Source: Podarcis liolepis (Eukaryota). From it: DNA of 64,000 nt. The stretch is taken from the NCBI GenBank assembly GCA_965112155.1, contig OZ218107.1, one strand, 5' to 3'. The notes below the pieces were generated by a model. That model saw only the letters and a program-made list of their open reading frames with translations. It was not told the origin of the DNA and did no database searches. Both the position numbers and the translations under genes were made by a program. The first letter of the stretch is position 1, and every line of letters starts with the position of its first letter. Positions 11,867 to 25,559 of this stretch are shown here, in pieces.

Positions 11867-13885
11867 TGTGTTTGTAGTCCACTTTCCCTTTTTAAGCCAT
11901 GATGCCTTTGGCAACATTCTCAGTGCTGCCCTGCTGTTCATCATTTTGCTTTTATCTTACTGTGTCCCTGATGTGAAAATTGAACTAATCAGTTTCAGGA
12001 ACTAGGAAGTGTACATTTATAATTTAAGTACCCTATTTTGACATACTGGAAGTACCTTCTAGGAAATAACAACTTGTGTAGTAATTGGTGATTGTAGAGT
12101 TAAATATTGCCTGGAGCTAAGACTCCACCTGTTAGTTTGATCTTGTGGTTGCTTTCATTTTCCTATGTAGTTGTGTGTGAGCCTATTCATCAATAAGCAG
12201 CGTCTTTTTCTGGTCACAAAGTGAGTAACGTTGCCTTCTATTGAATAAAAGCTTAGCGACTAGTTTGTAGGAGCACAACAGCTGAAAGCTGTTTTCACAA
12301 ACTGTTTAGAAACTATTGTATTATTTGCAAGAATCCAGATGGGTATGATTGTAATTTCTGGCTGGAAATTTGTGCATTCGTTTTCAGTTATTTATCAAAC
12401 GACACCCTTTGACTCATCCTACAATGCGATGATAGATGTTCTGCCTTTGTGCATCGGTCCAACAGAACAAGTGCCATCAAACTTGCTCATCTTTCCTTGG
12501 ACCCCACTGCCCCACATGGTGGTGACTCTTTGCCAGTGTTGTACACATATGAGCCAAGACACTGCATAGAATCAAGCCACGATAATAGCTTCCTTTGCGT
12601 GTCAAGAGATGGGAGGATATGACGATGATGGACAGGGCTGGCTCTACTATTAGGCAGAGGGAGGTTTCCGCTTCAGACAGATGATTATGAAAAGGCAACA
12701 AATGTTTAGTTGCATTCTTACTGACAGGGAGTGGCAAAGAGGCAGATGCAGGATTTACTTCCTTGTGCCAAAATAACTTGATTGGCCTTGGGTACTGTGT
12801 GCACCTTGATTAGTGGAGGGGGTGGTTGTCATTTGCTGCTCTGCCTTCAGCAGTATGTTGTCTAGAGCTGACCCTGAGCATGGAAGAAGAGTTTCTGTAG
12901 CAAGACACTTTGTTAACTTCCACTTAAGCTGAAACTGAGACACCACCACATGTACTCTGTGAATGCACACACTTGTGCACTATTTTGTAATGCACGAGAG
13001 CCGAATCTTAACTTGTAATTCGCCTTGTAATTAGCTTGTAATTGGCATTGTGATTTAAAGTGGGAATGGGGAACATGGGGCCTACCAAATGCTATTGGTT
13101 TGGAGCTGTCATCATCCCTGGCTGCTGGCCAAGCTGGCTGGTACTGATGGAAGTTGGAGTGACATCAGGTGGGGATTCAGGTTCATCACTCTTGTTTCAA
13201 AGAAAAGGCAGGCTTGGAACTAGGTTCAGAATTGGTACTAGGCTCAGAATTCAGCATCCTGCAAATTTCTGCATGTTTCTAGTCCCTAAGGCTGTGAAAG
13301 TCAGCTTAAAAGTGAGTACAGGTGGTAACTATTTTGCGCATGTCCAGTTAATGCATGACCGCTGATGCACAGATCATTTTAGATCCGGAAGAGGGCAGAG
13401 TGGAGTCGTAACAGGGTGGGCTTGTGTGTGCTGTGTTGACACACACAGGGGCCAAGAACAGAATCCCTGCACAAAATAGTTGCCGCCTGTATTTGGTTAA
13501 GGCTGCTTACTAAGAAGTAAATCCCACAAAATTCAATAGGGCTTACTTCTGAGTAGGCTTTATATAGGATTGCAGTGTCAACCTCAGAGGTCAGGATGGC
13601 TTGTGGGATTTTCCAATAGCTGTGGCCCAGTCTTGATTGTCCTGCATAGTTTTTGCCATGCCTCATGGCTAACCAATAGACTATGTAAAATAATCAAATT
13701 GCAGGCAGATTAGCATAATTAGCATAATTTATAGAAGTCATAGAATCCAGTTCTTCTTGCTGCTAAATTTAGATGCAGAATATGCACATGGCCTGTTGTC
13801 ACATGGCTTTATTCAGAATGTAAAGGGCTGCAGAGATACATAGAAAGAGAGAGTAAAAGATGAAAGCACTGAAAGCACTGAACAG

Positions 13886-13887
<2 letters not shown>

Positions 13888-13933
<46 letters not shown>
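13888..13933. repeat. (CA)n(TA)n microsatellite
   Basis: Read directly. Other dinucleotide tracts at ~15230, 27569-27630, 49552-49579 and 55738-55782; (TAC)n at 11511-11540. Confidence 0.95.
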
Positions 13934-14607
13934 CGTTTCCTTCATGGCATTGACAAGAAAGTAGGTTTGGTTTGGTAACCAAAGAAAGAGACTTCCATTT
14001 TTCTGCTTCTGTGACTTTAAAAGTGGTTTCTGAGTGGTTACAAAATCTTTACCTTGAAAGCACATTTGTTGGCATGTGCGGAAATGGTCAACTAATGCAT
14101 GCTTTCTAGTGCAACAGAGCCCTTTGCTCTCTTTTAGTGGTTTTCCTAGAAATGTGACCATCTGAGGTTGCTGACTGATGAAGCCCTGCCCCTCTGCTGT
14201 TAGACTTAAGCAAGGCCTTTTAGGGTCAAAGAGCATGTGGCCTGGGAGGCCCATGATCAGATCTCCTGTTACCTTTTTAAAAGCAATCCCGGGTGGAAGG
14301 ATTTGAACTGGGCCTCTAGCACTGGAGAAGTAGGGAAGGGGACTTTGGGACTGCTTATCTAGCAGGAGATTCCAATCAGCCTGAAATTTAAGTGTGTAGT
14401 TAGAATGAATAAAAGCACCCTGTTGTGCTAGTGCAAAAAAACCTGGACTTTCTGTTTTTAGGAAAGTGTGACAGTGGGAAAGCACTGAAAAGTGTGATTA
14501 ACGGAAGACACATAAACACTCAGTTATCAAATTAGGGTGAATGCTCATTGTTGTTCTAAAGAATCCAGACATCTTCATAATATTCCACTTCTTCCCATAG
14601 GTACCAC

Positions 14608-15123
14608 CTGTGCTTCCCCCCCCCCTCTCTTCAGGGGGTCCTCAAGGGTACGCAGTACTGGCACCTCTTTTTGTTGTTAAAAAGTATGATACTTACTGTA
14701 AGAACTTCATGGTGAGTAAAAAGGTAAAGATAAAGGTACCCCTGCCCATACGGGCCAGTCGTGTCCGACTCTAGGGTTGTGCGCCCATCTCACTTAAGAG
14801 GCCGGGGGCCAGCACTGTCCGCAGACACTTCCAGGTCACGTGGCCAGCGTGACAAAGCTGCTCTGGCGAGCTAGCACTAGCGCAGCACATGGAAACACCG
14901 TTTACCTTCCCGCTAGAAAGCGGTACCTATTTATCTACTTGCACTTAGGGGTGCTTTCGAACTGCTAGGTGGGCAGGAGCTGGGACCGAACGACGGGAGC
15001 TCACCCTGCCGCGGGGATTCAAACCGCTGACCATACGATCGGCAAGCCCTAGGCGCTGAGGTTTTACCCACAGCGCCACCCGCGTCCCTTACATCACCTA
15101 TTTTTCTAGAAGAAAAAGCACTG
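14608..15123. mobile_element. hAT MITE carrying a Sauria SINE
   Basis: c(t)gtgctt...aagcactg ends, TSD ggtaccac/tgtaccac, related to 25025-25153. Confidence 0.75.
14718..15088 (-). mobile_element. Full-length Sauria SINE, CpG-rich, nested in a hAT MITE
   Basis: Head GGGACGCGGGTGGCGCTGTGGGTAAAACC on - strand, B-box-like GGTTTGAATCC, Sauria core and ACCTTT tail. Confidence 0.93.
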
Positions 15124-16508
15124 TGTACCACTTCCAGAGGCGGTTTTAGGGTAGTGTGACTGGTGTGGTTGCACTGGGCGCCAAGCTGCTGGGGTTGCCA
15201 CAACAATGGTGTAGAAGGCAGTGTGTGAAGTGTGTGTGTGTGTGTGTGTGTGTGTGTTGAATTTTAACATCACTCTGAGTGCTACTGAAATTTGAGAGCC
15301 CAAGATCCACCACTGCCAATGCAAGTGCTCTACAGAATGTATTTTTGTAGTGGGTGTAGGTGCCTATTGGGTCATGGCTGTGTTACCACTAACCACCAGC
15401 AGAACGTTTCCACCTCCTGTGCCTTGCCTAGGTTCAGTGTGTCCTAGGGCAACATTCCAGTGCACGATCCTTGTCTAGCCCTTAAAAAGACTTCCATTTT
15501 TATTTATTAAATTAAATACTATATTTTTCATCCAACTATGTAAGCATCCCTTTTCCAGAGTTATATCTGTCCTAATTATTTTGTAAAAGTATACTTAACA
15601 TATAAGCACATATAACTCGGCAGCAAGGGTTGTTCTCCTATCACCTCTGCACGGGAGGATTGAAGGATATTCTGCAAAAGGTTCCGTGCAGTTGAGGGCA
15701 CTTCAACAGCTAAAGGTCATCTGTATAACCTGTAAGTACAGAAGGAAAGGGGAGAAAGAAGTGGAAGGGAACATATCCAGGTGGTATCTGAAACTTGTCC
15801 AAACTCTGTAGCCAGGACCAGATAATATTGCCAATATAATGGTGATTTAAGATGTGGAGCAAAAGTTATGTCTGTTCTGCAACTCGCACAGTGCTGTGAC
15901 TATACTCTGAGCTAGAAAGTGTTCCACAAATAGCCTAACATTGTGATGCTAGAGAGCTTGAGGCATGAAAATATGCACAGAAGGGATTTTTTTGTAAGTT
16001 GCCACTAACTTGATCTTTGTTCTATAATTGAACTGTGATATTTCTCCCCTATCCTCTAAATTGTCCTTTGCTCGTTCATCATAACTACCCTGGGGTGCAT
16101 TTTTCTGCATATTGGAGAAAGGGAACCTATAGATAGTCACTCTGCATGGAGCAACTGGAGCATATATAGAGAGAGAAATAGAGAGGTATTGTGTATGAGC
16201 CAAGAGTATGAGTTGAGAGATACTTAATCCAGAGCTTACCTGCGGGTAGAATTAGACACGAAAGCAGATGCGGAACTGCCATGGTACCATGTTGTTTCCT
16301 GCCCCTCTATCTGCTCCATAACATCTAGTTTGCCACCATCCAGAATGTGCCACCACTGTGCTCTGCACTAGCCCTAGGATGGCCACTTAGCCATTGCCAG
16401 ATATGAGGAAATGCATCATTAGAAATAGGACACAGATTTGCAGGAAAGTTGCTTGTGCTAATTTATATAGATGGAAATTTGTAAATAGTCACTGTAATTT
16501 ACATGGAA

Positions 16509-16970
16509 CAGTGGTTCTCAAACTTTTTTCTCTGGGTCACACTTTCAGGATAAAATTTTGCTCTCGAGTCACTCCACACCAAACCTTTTATTGATAAAAA
16601 ATACACTGGAAAACAAAAAGAAACAACTCCTAGCAGTGTTTGATTTATAACATAGAACACAACTGCTTTATTATATGATCATGGGACATCCAGAAAATAT
16701 AAAACAATGCAGCTACATAAGAACATGACTCATTCCCAACTTACGATTATAAACGAGCCTCTTACATAGGTACCTTAAGTATGTATACAAACTCAGTGAG
16801 AGGTGTCAGCTTGCTTTTGCCAGGTCTTTATATTGGGTCTAATTCGAGACAAACTCTTATCTCCTCATCAACACAAATGAAACGTTTACATGATTCTGAG
16901 GCTGTCCTTGAATCTTCAGTCACAACTCCTGCCACACCAGTGTGGCTCCACACACCATTGAGAATCACTG
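16509..16970 (-). mobile_element. hAT (Charlie-like) internal-deletion derivative
   Basis: CAGTGGTTCTCAA / TTGAGAATCACTG TIRs, degenerate 8-bp TSD acatggaa/aaatagaa, transposase C-terminal remnant (VDEEIRVCL..IRPNIKDLA..QADTSH*) on - strand. Confidence 0.8.
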
Positions 16971-18321
16971 AAATAGAAACACAATACTGTACATCTCACT
17001 ATGGTGGGGACAGTGACCAGGTGAGCTGTGTGCCTGTCCAGTCTGCTGTACAAGTGGACTACTTCCATGCTCCTGATTCCTTGCTGCCCTCCCTTCTTAT
17101 GGGTCTATATCTTTAAACCAGGCTTGGAGCAGACAGCCTTTCAGATAGAGGACTACTTCAGATAAAAGACTGCAAAGTAGCTACTCAACTGCCCTGCCCA
17201 GTCTCACCCTCTGTTCGCCAAGGGAGTGGGCCACTGCCCAGTGCAATGAGAGGCAAATCTGTCAGTTACATTTTCTATCAGCTTATTTTTCCAATCCTAA
17301 ATTCAGTTCTCCACATTTCTGCATCCCTTTGCACGTAAAAACAAGTAAGTCCTCACGATAATTCATCAGCAATTTAGTGTGCATTTCTCCTGATAGACAC
17401 ATTTTTCCATGCAATTTTCCCTAATATAATGCTTTTAATTTTTTTTAAAATTAATATGTACATTCTCATGCAGTTTTCCTTTTTATACACATTTTGGTAG
17501 ACATTATTTAGTTGGAGAACTGCATTGCAAAATTTGGAGAAGTGTGACTTTCAAAGGATAACTGTGTTTCAGTTCCTGTATTGTTTCAGGAAACATGAAT
17601 TTGGTAGTTTTAACCAAACCAGAATCTTTCTCCAGGCCCTAACTCTAACATTCTGGTATTTGCCTCTGGTTTAGTTATCTACTGCTGCTGCTTTTTTAAG
17701 CAGCCAGTGCTACTTTTGTTTGTTTGATATCTCCACTCTGAAGCTGATGGTGTCACCATCAACACCTGATTATTACTTACGTTAATCAGGCTGAACTTTC
17801 CATCAGTTGAGGCCAATGATGGGAGGGTGTGGGAAACTCTCTTAACTATGCTTCAGAATTGTAAAAGGCTTCAGCTTCGACATTGTTAAGTTAGAGCCAA
17901 TTGCTTATTAAGCTGTTCCAAGTGCTTGATTAGATAGAATAATGAACTTGGGCAATTTAGTATTTTAAGTCTTTGTTTGGATGCTCTTGGTGGGCTACCA
18001 ACAGTGAATGCAGACATTTTGATTGAGCTATATTTTGCTAATGGTATTGCTGCTGAGCAATTATCTGTCACTGCTCAACTGCATCATGCAGTCATTGTCA
18101 ACATACTTCCACATCAGCCAGTCATTGGCTAGGGAAATAAATTGTGAAACACATTGTTGGGAACTTGAATGGCTAGTCTTCTGGTTGTAAATCAACTGTA
18201 GCATGCTTTGTGCAAGAAATTGGACATGCTGAAAGGTTTTTTTCTTTAAAAAAAGGTAGGTGTGTGCACAGACATAGAGTAGGAATGCAAGAAACTGCCT
18301 TTTACTGCAGCAGACCATCTA

Positions 18322-18543
18322 CAGTGGTACCTCTGGTTACATACTTAATTCATTCCGGAGGTCCATTCTTAACCTGAAACTGTTCTTAACCTGAAGCACC
18401 ACTTTAGCTAATGGGGCCTGCTGCCGCCACACCGCTGCTGTGTGATTTCTGTTCTCATCCTGAAGCAAAGTTCTCAACCCAAGGTACTATTTCTGGTTAG
18501 CAGAGTCTGTAACCTGAAGCGTATGTAACCCAAGGTACCACTG
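18322..18543. mobile_element. Tigger-like MITE nested in a SINE
   Basis: CAGTGGTACCT...AGGTACCACTG TIRs with TA TSD. Confidence 0.9.
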
Positions 18544-20520
18544 TATCTCAGTATAGTCTACACTGATTGGCAGGAGCTTCCTTAGCCCTACCTAGAGATG
18601 CTGGGGATTGAATTTAGGACCTTTTGCTGACAAAGTGGTTGCTCTGTTACTGAGCAAAATAATGGAGTTGCAACAGGGAATGCTGTTGACAACCTTTGTA
18701 GAAGGCTGTGGTGCCTAGAGCCATAACCAAAAGATAAAACCATTTAAAACTCAACTAAACTTCTGATACCATGTTGAAAGTTTCATAGAAAGACCCCCTA
18801 AGTAAGATTTTGAAGTGCAAAGTCAGGATGGTTTTTCAAAAGCCCGACAAAGATTAGAAATAATGCTATAAATTTATTTACCACCACCTGCAGGCATGAT
18901 GGAAAGTAATGATTTGCTAACATATGCAGCATTTTCCCTTATAGCTGTGAATAAAAAATATAAATAGCTCTGCCCCTCTCATGCATACCAAACTGTATTG
19001 TAGAAGCTATAATTTAATGTGAAGTTTGGAATAAGAAATAAGGCTGTCGATGTAATTATTACTCATTGCTGCTCAGCTCTGATGCATTCTTTGGCTTCTC
19101 TTTGGTATAGAGTTTATACAGCCATGGACATGATCCAGCAGGAGTGTTAAAATATGCTATCAGGACTGTCCAGGTCGGACCTCAAAATATTGTTGAACTA
19201 CAGCTCCCATTGCTCCTCATTGTTGACAATGTTGGCTGCAACTGATGGGAGATGAATTCCAACAACATCTGGAGAACCAGATTTCTCACCTCTGTTCTAG
19301 GCAGTGGTACAGCTAAGTAACTTCAGATCATGAATTTATGACCCTCCTTTTTTGATGGTCCTGTTTAATACTTCAGTTGTGAAGCACACAGTTCACATTT
19401 ATCTTCTCTTCCCCACTGGAGCCTCCAAATCTGTGCTTTGCTGCCCCCAGTGGTGAGGTATTTGAGGCCTGGAAAACTGAAAGCTTTCCAGGGTGATTAT
19501 GTCCTCTCAGGTTTCAGAACGACTCCACCTCTCCAGGCAGCCCATCGGTTTCCCCTGACCAGGGCAATGAAGACAGTAATTCTGCTTATTGCATAGATAA
19601 TGCAGTCTCTTTTCTGTATGGTCCTTTGCACAGCTTGAGTTTGAGGCTGCTGCTTTTTAATCTGAAATACTTTTTGTATGTCAGAGTCCAAACAGAGTAA
19701 TGTTATATTTGCAGGAGAAAATAAAGTTCTGTATTGTTTGATGGGGGGGGGGGCAACCGGGACAATAGATGGTCCCTGGTGGCATTCTGGTTTTCTTTGG
19801 GACTTTTCTTATTTGTGAAAACGAAATATTTTTATTTTCTTTTAAGTAAAGAGGTCTCTTGTCTGGCCTTCCAGTATCGTTTTCAAAATCCTGAGGCCAG
19901 ATTTCAGTTCTAACCCATGCATAAGCAACCGTCTCTCTGTACAATGTGCAGGACAGATCTCAAAATGTCTGTTTCTTGGTGTCTTTGAAATTTGAATCAA
20001 GCACCTTTTGTACTGCCAGGGGTTGGCTGGTTTGAAATTTGAGTAAATTTGTTTGTTGAGTTGTCTTGAAATTTGAATAAAGCAGGTTGCTTACCATCAG
20101 GAGTTAAAGCCACCCATTATGTAACTCCCACCGAAGCTAATAGATTTATTCTAGGGATTAATTTAGCCTCCAGGGTGACAATCAGGCTGAAGAATCTTGT
20201 GACAACAGGCTCCATCATGACTGCATTCTTGTGGGGCGGGAGGAACAACTTCTTCATTATCTATGTCTCCATAAGCAGCAGAAGAGCAAACCAATTCTCA
20301 GCACAAGCCTCTGTGTTTTTCCTCAGAAGTAAGTCCCGTGGAGTTCAGTGGGACTTCCTAAAGGAAACATTTGTGGCAGGCATGGGGACTCCTGAGGACA
20401 GCCTTCCAGGGACCACATTCTGTCGGTGGGTGGGGCTAGAGGGGAAAATGGGCGGGGCAACAGATGCAACACTTACTTTTTGTACAGCTATATTTCAGCA
20501 ACAGCATCAGCAACAACAAT

Positions 20521-20643
20521 TTATTATTTCTACCCCGCCCATCTGGCTGGGTTTCCCCAGCCACTCTAGGCGGCTTCCAACAAAATACTACAATACAATA
20601 GTCCTTCAGATATTAAAAGCTTCCCTAAACAGAGCTGCCTTCA
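20521..20643 (-). mobile_element. L2-type LINE 3' end
   Basis: tttattatttctaccccgcccatctggctgggtttccccagccactctaggcggcttccaaca, recognised as a lizard L2 terminus. Confidence 0.65.
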
Positions 20644-22225
20644 CAAAACACAACACAAAAGCCAGAGGGTTCTCTGCACACACCCTTCTCTCTATTCTGG
20701 CAAGCAAGAGGCTTTAATCACAGTTCAGCAACACATTCCTGCCAGGCAACACAATGAGAGTGTGAAATAAGGAAGGTGTGGGGAGAGAGGGTGAGGTGTG
20801 AGGAGGGATTTGGCCTGGGAAGAACCCTCATAGAGAGATGTGGAGGGCCACATTTGAACCCTGAGCTTCCCTGCCACTGGTGTATAGCAGAAGCTAATCT
20901 AGTATTGGGCCAGCCTTGTGTTTCTTGGCCAAAGCAGGATTTGAATTCTGGTCTCCCAGGCCAACAGTTGAACCACTGCTCCACCATTCAGCTGGCATTG
21001 AGAAGGAGAGCATGATACTGTGCAGCTGAAGAAGAGACATCACTATGTAACTGCTGTAATGGGAGCTGGTGATGCCTGCGTCCTTTGCATTGAGTGGCAC
21101 CATTTTTCTGTTGAAAGCCTATGAGTCAGCACAGCTGCAGAGAGACCATGAATGAAGGGGCAGAAAAACAAGGTCAGCTGACACAGGCAAAATAAACATA
21201 CACATCAGGGCAGGACACAAACACCCCCCTCTCCAGCCCGCCCTGGTTTGTTTATCTTTTTAATCTTTATCTTTAAAAAACCCCCACAAAAAACCCACCA
21301 CCACTATACGTCATTATCCTGTGCTGGTTCTTTTCTCATTGGCTTTGGGGCCTCTCTGAGTGAAGGTACGAGCCACGAGGATCCCTGGCCTATTTAGCAA
21401 TATTTTAAAAGGTTAGTCCAAATAGCAAACAAGACAGCTTGATCCACACGCAGCAAAAGTCGCAGAAGGGATGAGAGAGGGAGCTGTGCCCTTCAGCTCC
21501 ACGAATATGAATAGGCACTAAAGCACGCTTAACTTTCTGCTGATTGCATTATGGGGATGTTATCCTCAGCACGTAACTAAAGTGGTGAAAATAACGTCCA
21601 CATAGGTAGCTGCAATCTGTAGGTTAAGTGCACTTTGAGGCCCATTTAAATCAATGAGATTGAAGGCCACAATTAATTGTCCACATACCATCAGTTTCCT
21701 GCATTACTCTCTGCCTCTGTTTTTAATAATAATTTTATTATTTGTACCCCACCCTAATTGCTGCGAATCACAAGTGGAGAGAACAGCCCATTACATCAAA
21801 GTTAAAGTGAGGAAGCATTTGCCCATGGCAGGATTTCTCCACCAGCATGAAATTGCTGGCCGTGGGGTGGTACTGTTTGAGACTAGAAGGCCAGGCTTCA
21901 GGGGGATTAAGCATGCTCCTCCAAACAGAAACTAGTTGGGACTTCAAATAAAATGTTTTGAGGAGTTAGGCCTTTAAGAAAAAAAATTAATTTCTGATTC
22001 CCTGCTCACTTAAAGAACTAATGGGGTTTATACAGGACTTTCCCAAATTAATCTGTTTTGAGTGCTGGCAAAAGAACAGATCCTCCCCAGCCTGTTTTGT
22101 ATGGAATATGGTGGTTCAAGACAAGAGGATAAAAAAAAAGGTTAACGTTTGTAAGAACCTGGAGAAAAATGGTTCTGTTGGAAATATTTCCCCAGCATGA
22201 TAATAGATTTCTTTTTTAATGGCTT

Positions 22226-22428
22226 GGTATGCACATAATGCTAAGCCATGGTTTACATAAACCAAGGTTTATAAACAAGCAGCAAACAATGGTTTAGGAG
22301 TGTGACTTTTTCATGGTTAAGAAACCATTGTCAAGACACTAGGGCAAGTTTGGATGATCAAATTAAACCTTGGTTTACTAAATTAAATCATGGTTTATAA
22401 ACCATGGCTTCGTCTTATGTGTGAACCT
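22226..22428. mobile_element. Palindromic MITE with repeated AAACCATGGTTT motifs (Harbinger-like)
   Basis: Inverted termini gcacataatgctaagccatggttta / taaaccatggcttcgtcttatgtgtg. A relative lies at ~3350-3680. Confidence 0.6.
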
Positions 22429-24241
22429 GATCAGTGAGTTGGAAGGAACTCTGGTCATGCCAAAACAAAGCATTTGTCCCTTGCTCCTTTCTTTTTCTCA
22501 TATGCCAGAACTGAGCCCTTTCAGATCTTGACTTAGTACAAATTAATTCCACCTAACATATCCCTCCAATGGCTAGTCAGATCTCCAGGACTTAGTGGTC
22601 TTTTGGGCACTGCTTTCTCCCTGCCAGTAGCGATTTCACTTGACAGAGTGGATTTTTTGAAACTCTAGGAACTGGGCCAGCTTTGTGGTGAGCTCAGGTA
22701 TTTACGCTTTGGGTGGGGAGAGCTTTCATTTGAATGGGTCACTTTAAAGCTCTTTCTCCAGGCTCATTTTCACAATGTATAAACAAGGAGTGTTCTGGCT
22801 CCGGTGGAAGCAGCTGACTTCACTGTTCTGGCCAGCTGCAGGGAAAGGTGTTGCTCCAGCAGCCATCAATGTAGAAAGGATATAGAGGGAGGGAAAGACA
22901 CATGATGATGTTGCTGTTGAGCCAGAGAGAAGCGGCATGCTCAGTTTTGACCTGAGAACATTTTATACAAGCAAAAGGCTTGTCATTGTGACAGGCAGGG
23001 ATGTGAATTGAACGGGAGACTGGGGAGGTTACAAGGCACTGTGCACTTTGCAGAAATTCTGTAAACTGGGCTATCTTCACTACACTGAGTGCAAGTTCAT
23101 GTTTGTCTTTGCTTTTAAAATTATTATTTTTAAAAAGCCATGTGAGAGTGAGTGGGAAACAGGTTCAAGGCCATGGCATGCAAGAAATGGGAGACAATCC
23201 CCTCCATGCTTCCTTCCTGGAAAATAAATCCCTTTTCCCTGAAGCTGCTTATTTTGTCCAGGTGGGAAGCTACTCTTGGCAGCAAGGTAGGCTCTGAACA
23301 GTAGACATTTCAGATCCACAGTGAAATACACTGCAAAGTATTGCAAGATCTTGTAAAGCTGGCATTCAGGGCATTAGGCGTGCGTGTCGTAGGGATGGAG
23401 ATTATTTTGTTAATTTTGGAACAGTCACGAGCAGGCAAGTGGACACAATGGTGTAGGAAATGCCAATTGTTATGACAGCTCTTAGTTTGAAAGCAGCTGG
23501 AGTGATCTGAGGCAAGGCCCTTGCAGAATACATTTTAATAGTTTTAACCTTCCTGAGGAGTTCCTATAAAAACAAGGCTGCATGTTGCCAAGTTCAAGGG
23601 CAGAGGAAAAGATCAGGAAAGATCCTGCTAAATAAACAGATATCCTCCTGACTGGCAGGGTACCTTATCTCTGTAGGAATCTAGAATGGTGGAGGTTTGT
23701 TATTATTAATAAAAGTCATCTTGTTAATAATAATAGTTTAATGTATTAAGGTAAACAAAGTTTCCTCCTTGCTTCTTGATGATATATATCTATATATAGA
23801 TATTGTACTGGACAGTAATGATATAAGGACACTCCCTAGATTGTGTGATGGAAAGTTGAATGTGTTCATAAGCTTATGCATTTGGCAATGATGCAGATTG
23901 CTGCCCACAAAATCTCATAAGCCTTGATGGATCAGACCAAAAGCTCACCTGGTCCAGCATGCTGTTCTCCTAGTGATTTAAGGCTGATTTAAAGAAACAT
24001 GGGGCAAGTGGGCCAAAACCTAACTGTGACCAGGTCAGAGAGAGTGGGATTGGCACTCACCTACCCAGCTATATGGTCATGTCTCCATATACATTCTTCT
24101 CACGGGTGACCATGGTCCCTGCTTTACAGAATATGACCCTCTATTTTGAAAAACTATCAGAGGTCAGTGCAGTTTTTGAAAATGTCTTCTGTTTTAAGGG
24201 CTGTCAAATTGAAATATAAAGAAGCCTAAGAAGGCAGAGTA

Positions 24242-24449
24242 CAGTGGTACCTGTACAGATGCTTCAGGTTACAGACTCCGCTAACCCAGAAATAGTACCT
24301 CGGGTGAATAACTTTGCTTCAGGATGAGAACAGAAATTGCGTGGCGGCAGGAGGCACCATTAGCTAAAGTGGTACCTCAGGTTAAGAACAGTTTCAGGTT
24401 AACAATGGACCTCCAGAACAAATTAAGTTCTTAACCTGAGGTACTACTG
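24242..24449. mobile_element. Tigger-like MITE
   Basis: Same family as 18322 and 45580 in opposite orientation, TA TSD. Confidence 0.88.
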
Positions 24450-24706
24450 TAATTGGGCCTTCAAGTTATCAATTAACAGTGAGAACCTGGACAGCAGACA
24501 GAGAAAGCACTCAGGCCACCTGCTCACACTGTTAGGGTGAGATGTACTTTTTTATTTATTTAAATTATACGAATTCTTTCTAAATTTGCATAAATTACCT
24601 TCATGCAAATCAGTGTCCTCATTTTTTGGGTGAGACATCTCTTTTGACAATGTTCAACCCTTTTCTCATCATATGGCTGGTATCTTATTAATAATCATAT
24701 ATTACC

Positions 24707-25388
24707 CATGATTACAGAATTATAGTGTTGGAAATGACCCCAAGTGTCATCTAGTCCAACTCCCTGAAAGACTCCTTGACAGATGACCATTCACCCTCTA
24801 TTTAAAGATCTCCAATGAAGGAGAGTCCACCACCTTCTGAGGCACACCATTCCACTGCCAAGCAGCTTTTACCATCAGAAAGTTCTTCTTAATGTTTAGA
24901 CAGTTTTTTTTTTTTGTAATTTTCATCCATTGATACAGTTCCTACTTTCTGGAGCAGCAGGAAACAAGCTTGTTTCATCTTCCCTGGGATAGTCTTTCAG
25001 ATATTTGAAAATGGCTATCATATCCACTGCTATTTTTCTAGAAAAAGAGGTGCCACAACTCACCACGAACACCTTACTTGTTCCCTTAGAATGTCAATGG
25101 CACCCACCTGAGAGCTGCCGGAACTGAGTTCCAGCTGGGGGGGGAAAGCCCTGATCATATCACCAGTCATTCTTCTCTTCTCTAGGCTAAACAATTCCTC
25201 ATAAAGCTTGATTTCCAGAGTCTTTTTCATCTTGGTTGCTCTCTTCTGCACATGTTCCAGCTTCTCAATATCCTACTTAAACTATGGTGTCCAGAACTGG
25301 GTGCAGACCCCTGGTGTGTTCTGACCAAGGCAGAATAGGATGGTACTATTACTTCCCTTGATCTGGACACTATACTTCCGTTGATGCT
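24707..25388 (-). mobile_element. CR1 LINE 3' fragment, interrupted by a hAT MITE
   Basis: SINGSIVSRSREVIVPSYSALVR and QKRATKM..ELFSLEKRR remnants, plus a degraded ATTCTRTG-type tail near 24707-24725. Confidence 0.9.
25025..25153. mobile_element. hAT MITE inserted in CR1
   Basis: Perfect 8-bp TSD ATCATATC at 25017-25024 and 25154-25161. Confidence 0.85.
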
Positions 25389-25559
25389 TCTGAGTAGAAA
25401 ACCAGCCACATGTTTTAGCAGGTCAAGGAAATAACAGTGTGGCAACAATACTGTTGAAATGAACACACGACTACCAGTTGCAAAGATTGCGACAGCTATG
25501 ACTGAGAGATAAGCAAACACCAGGGATGAAGAAATAGTCATGCATGGTGCCTGCGGTAC

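Noticed and set aside
13799-14485. 228-aa ORF on - strand
   Set aside because: Runs through a (TA)(TG) microsatellite, with no recognisable domain or exon structure.
20073-20717. 214-aa ORF on + strand
   Set aside because: Crosses MITE and L2 remnants; no homology recognised.
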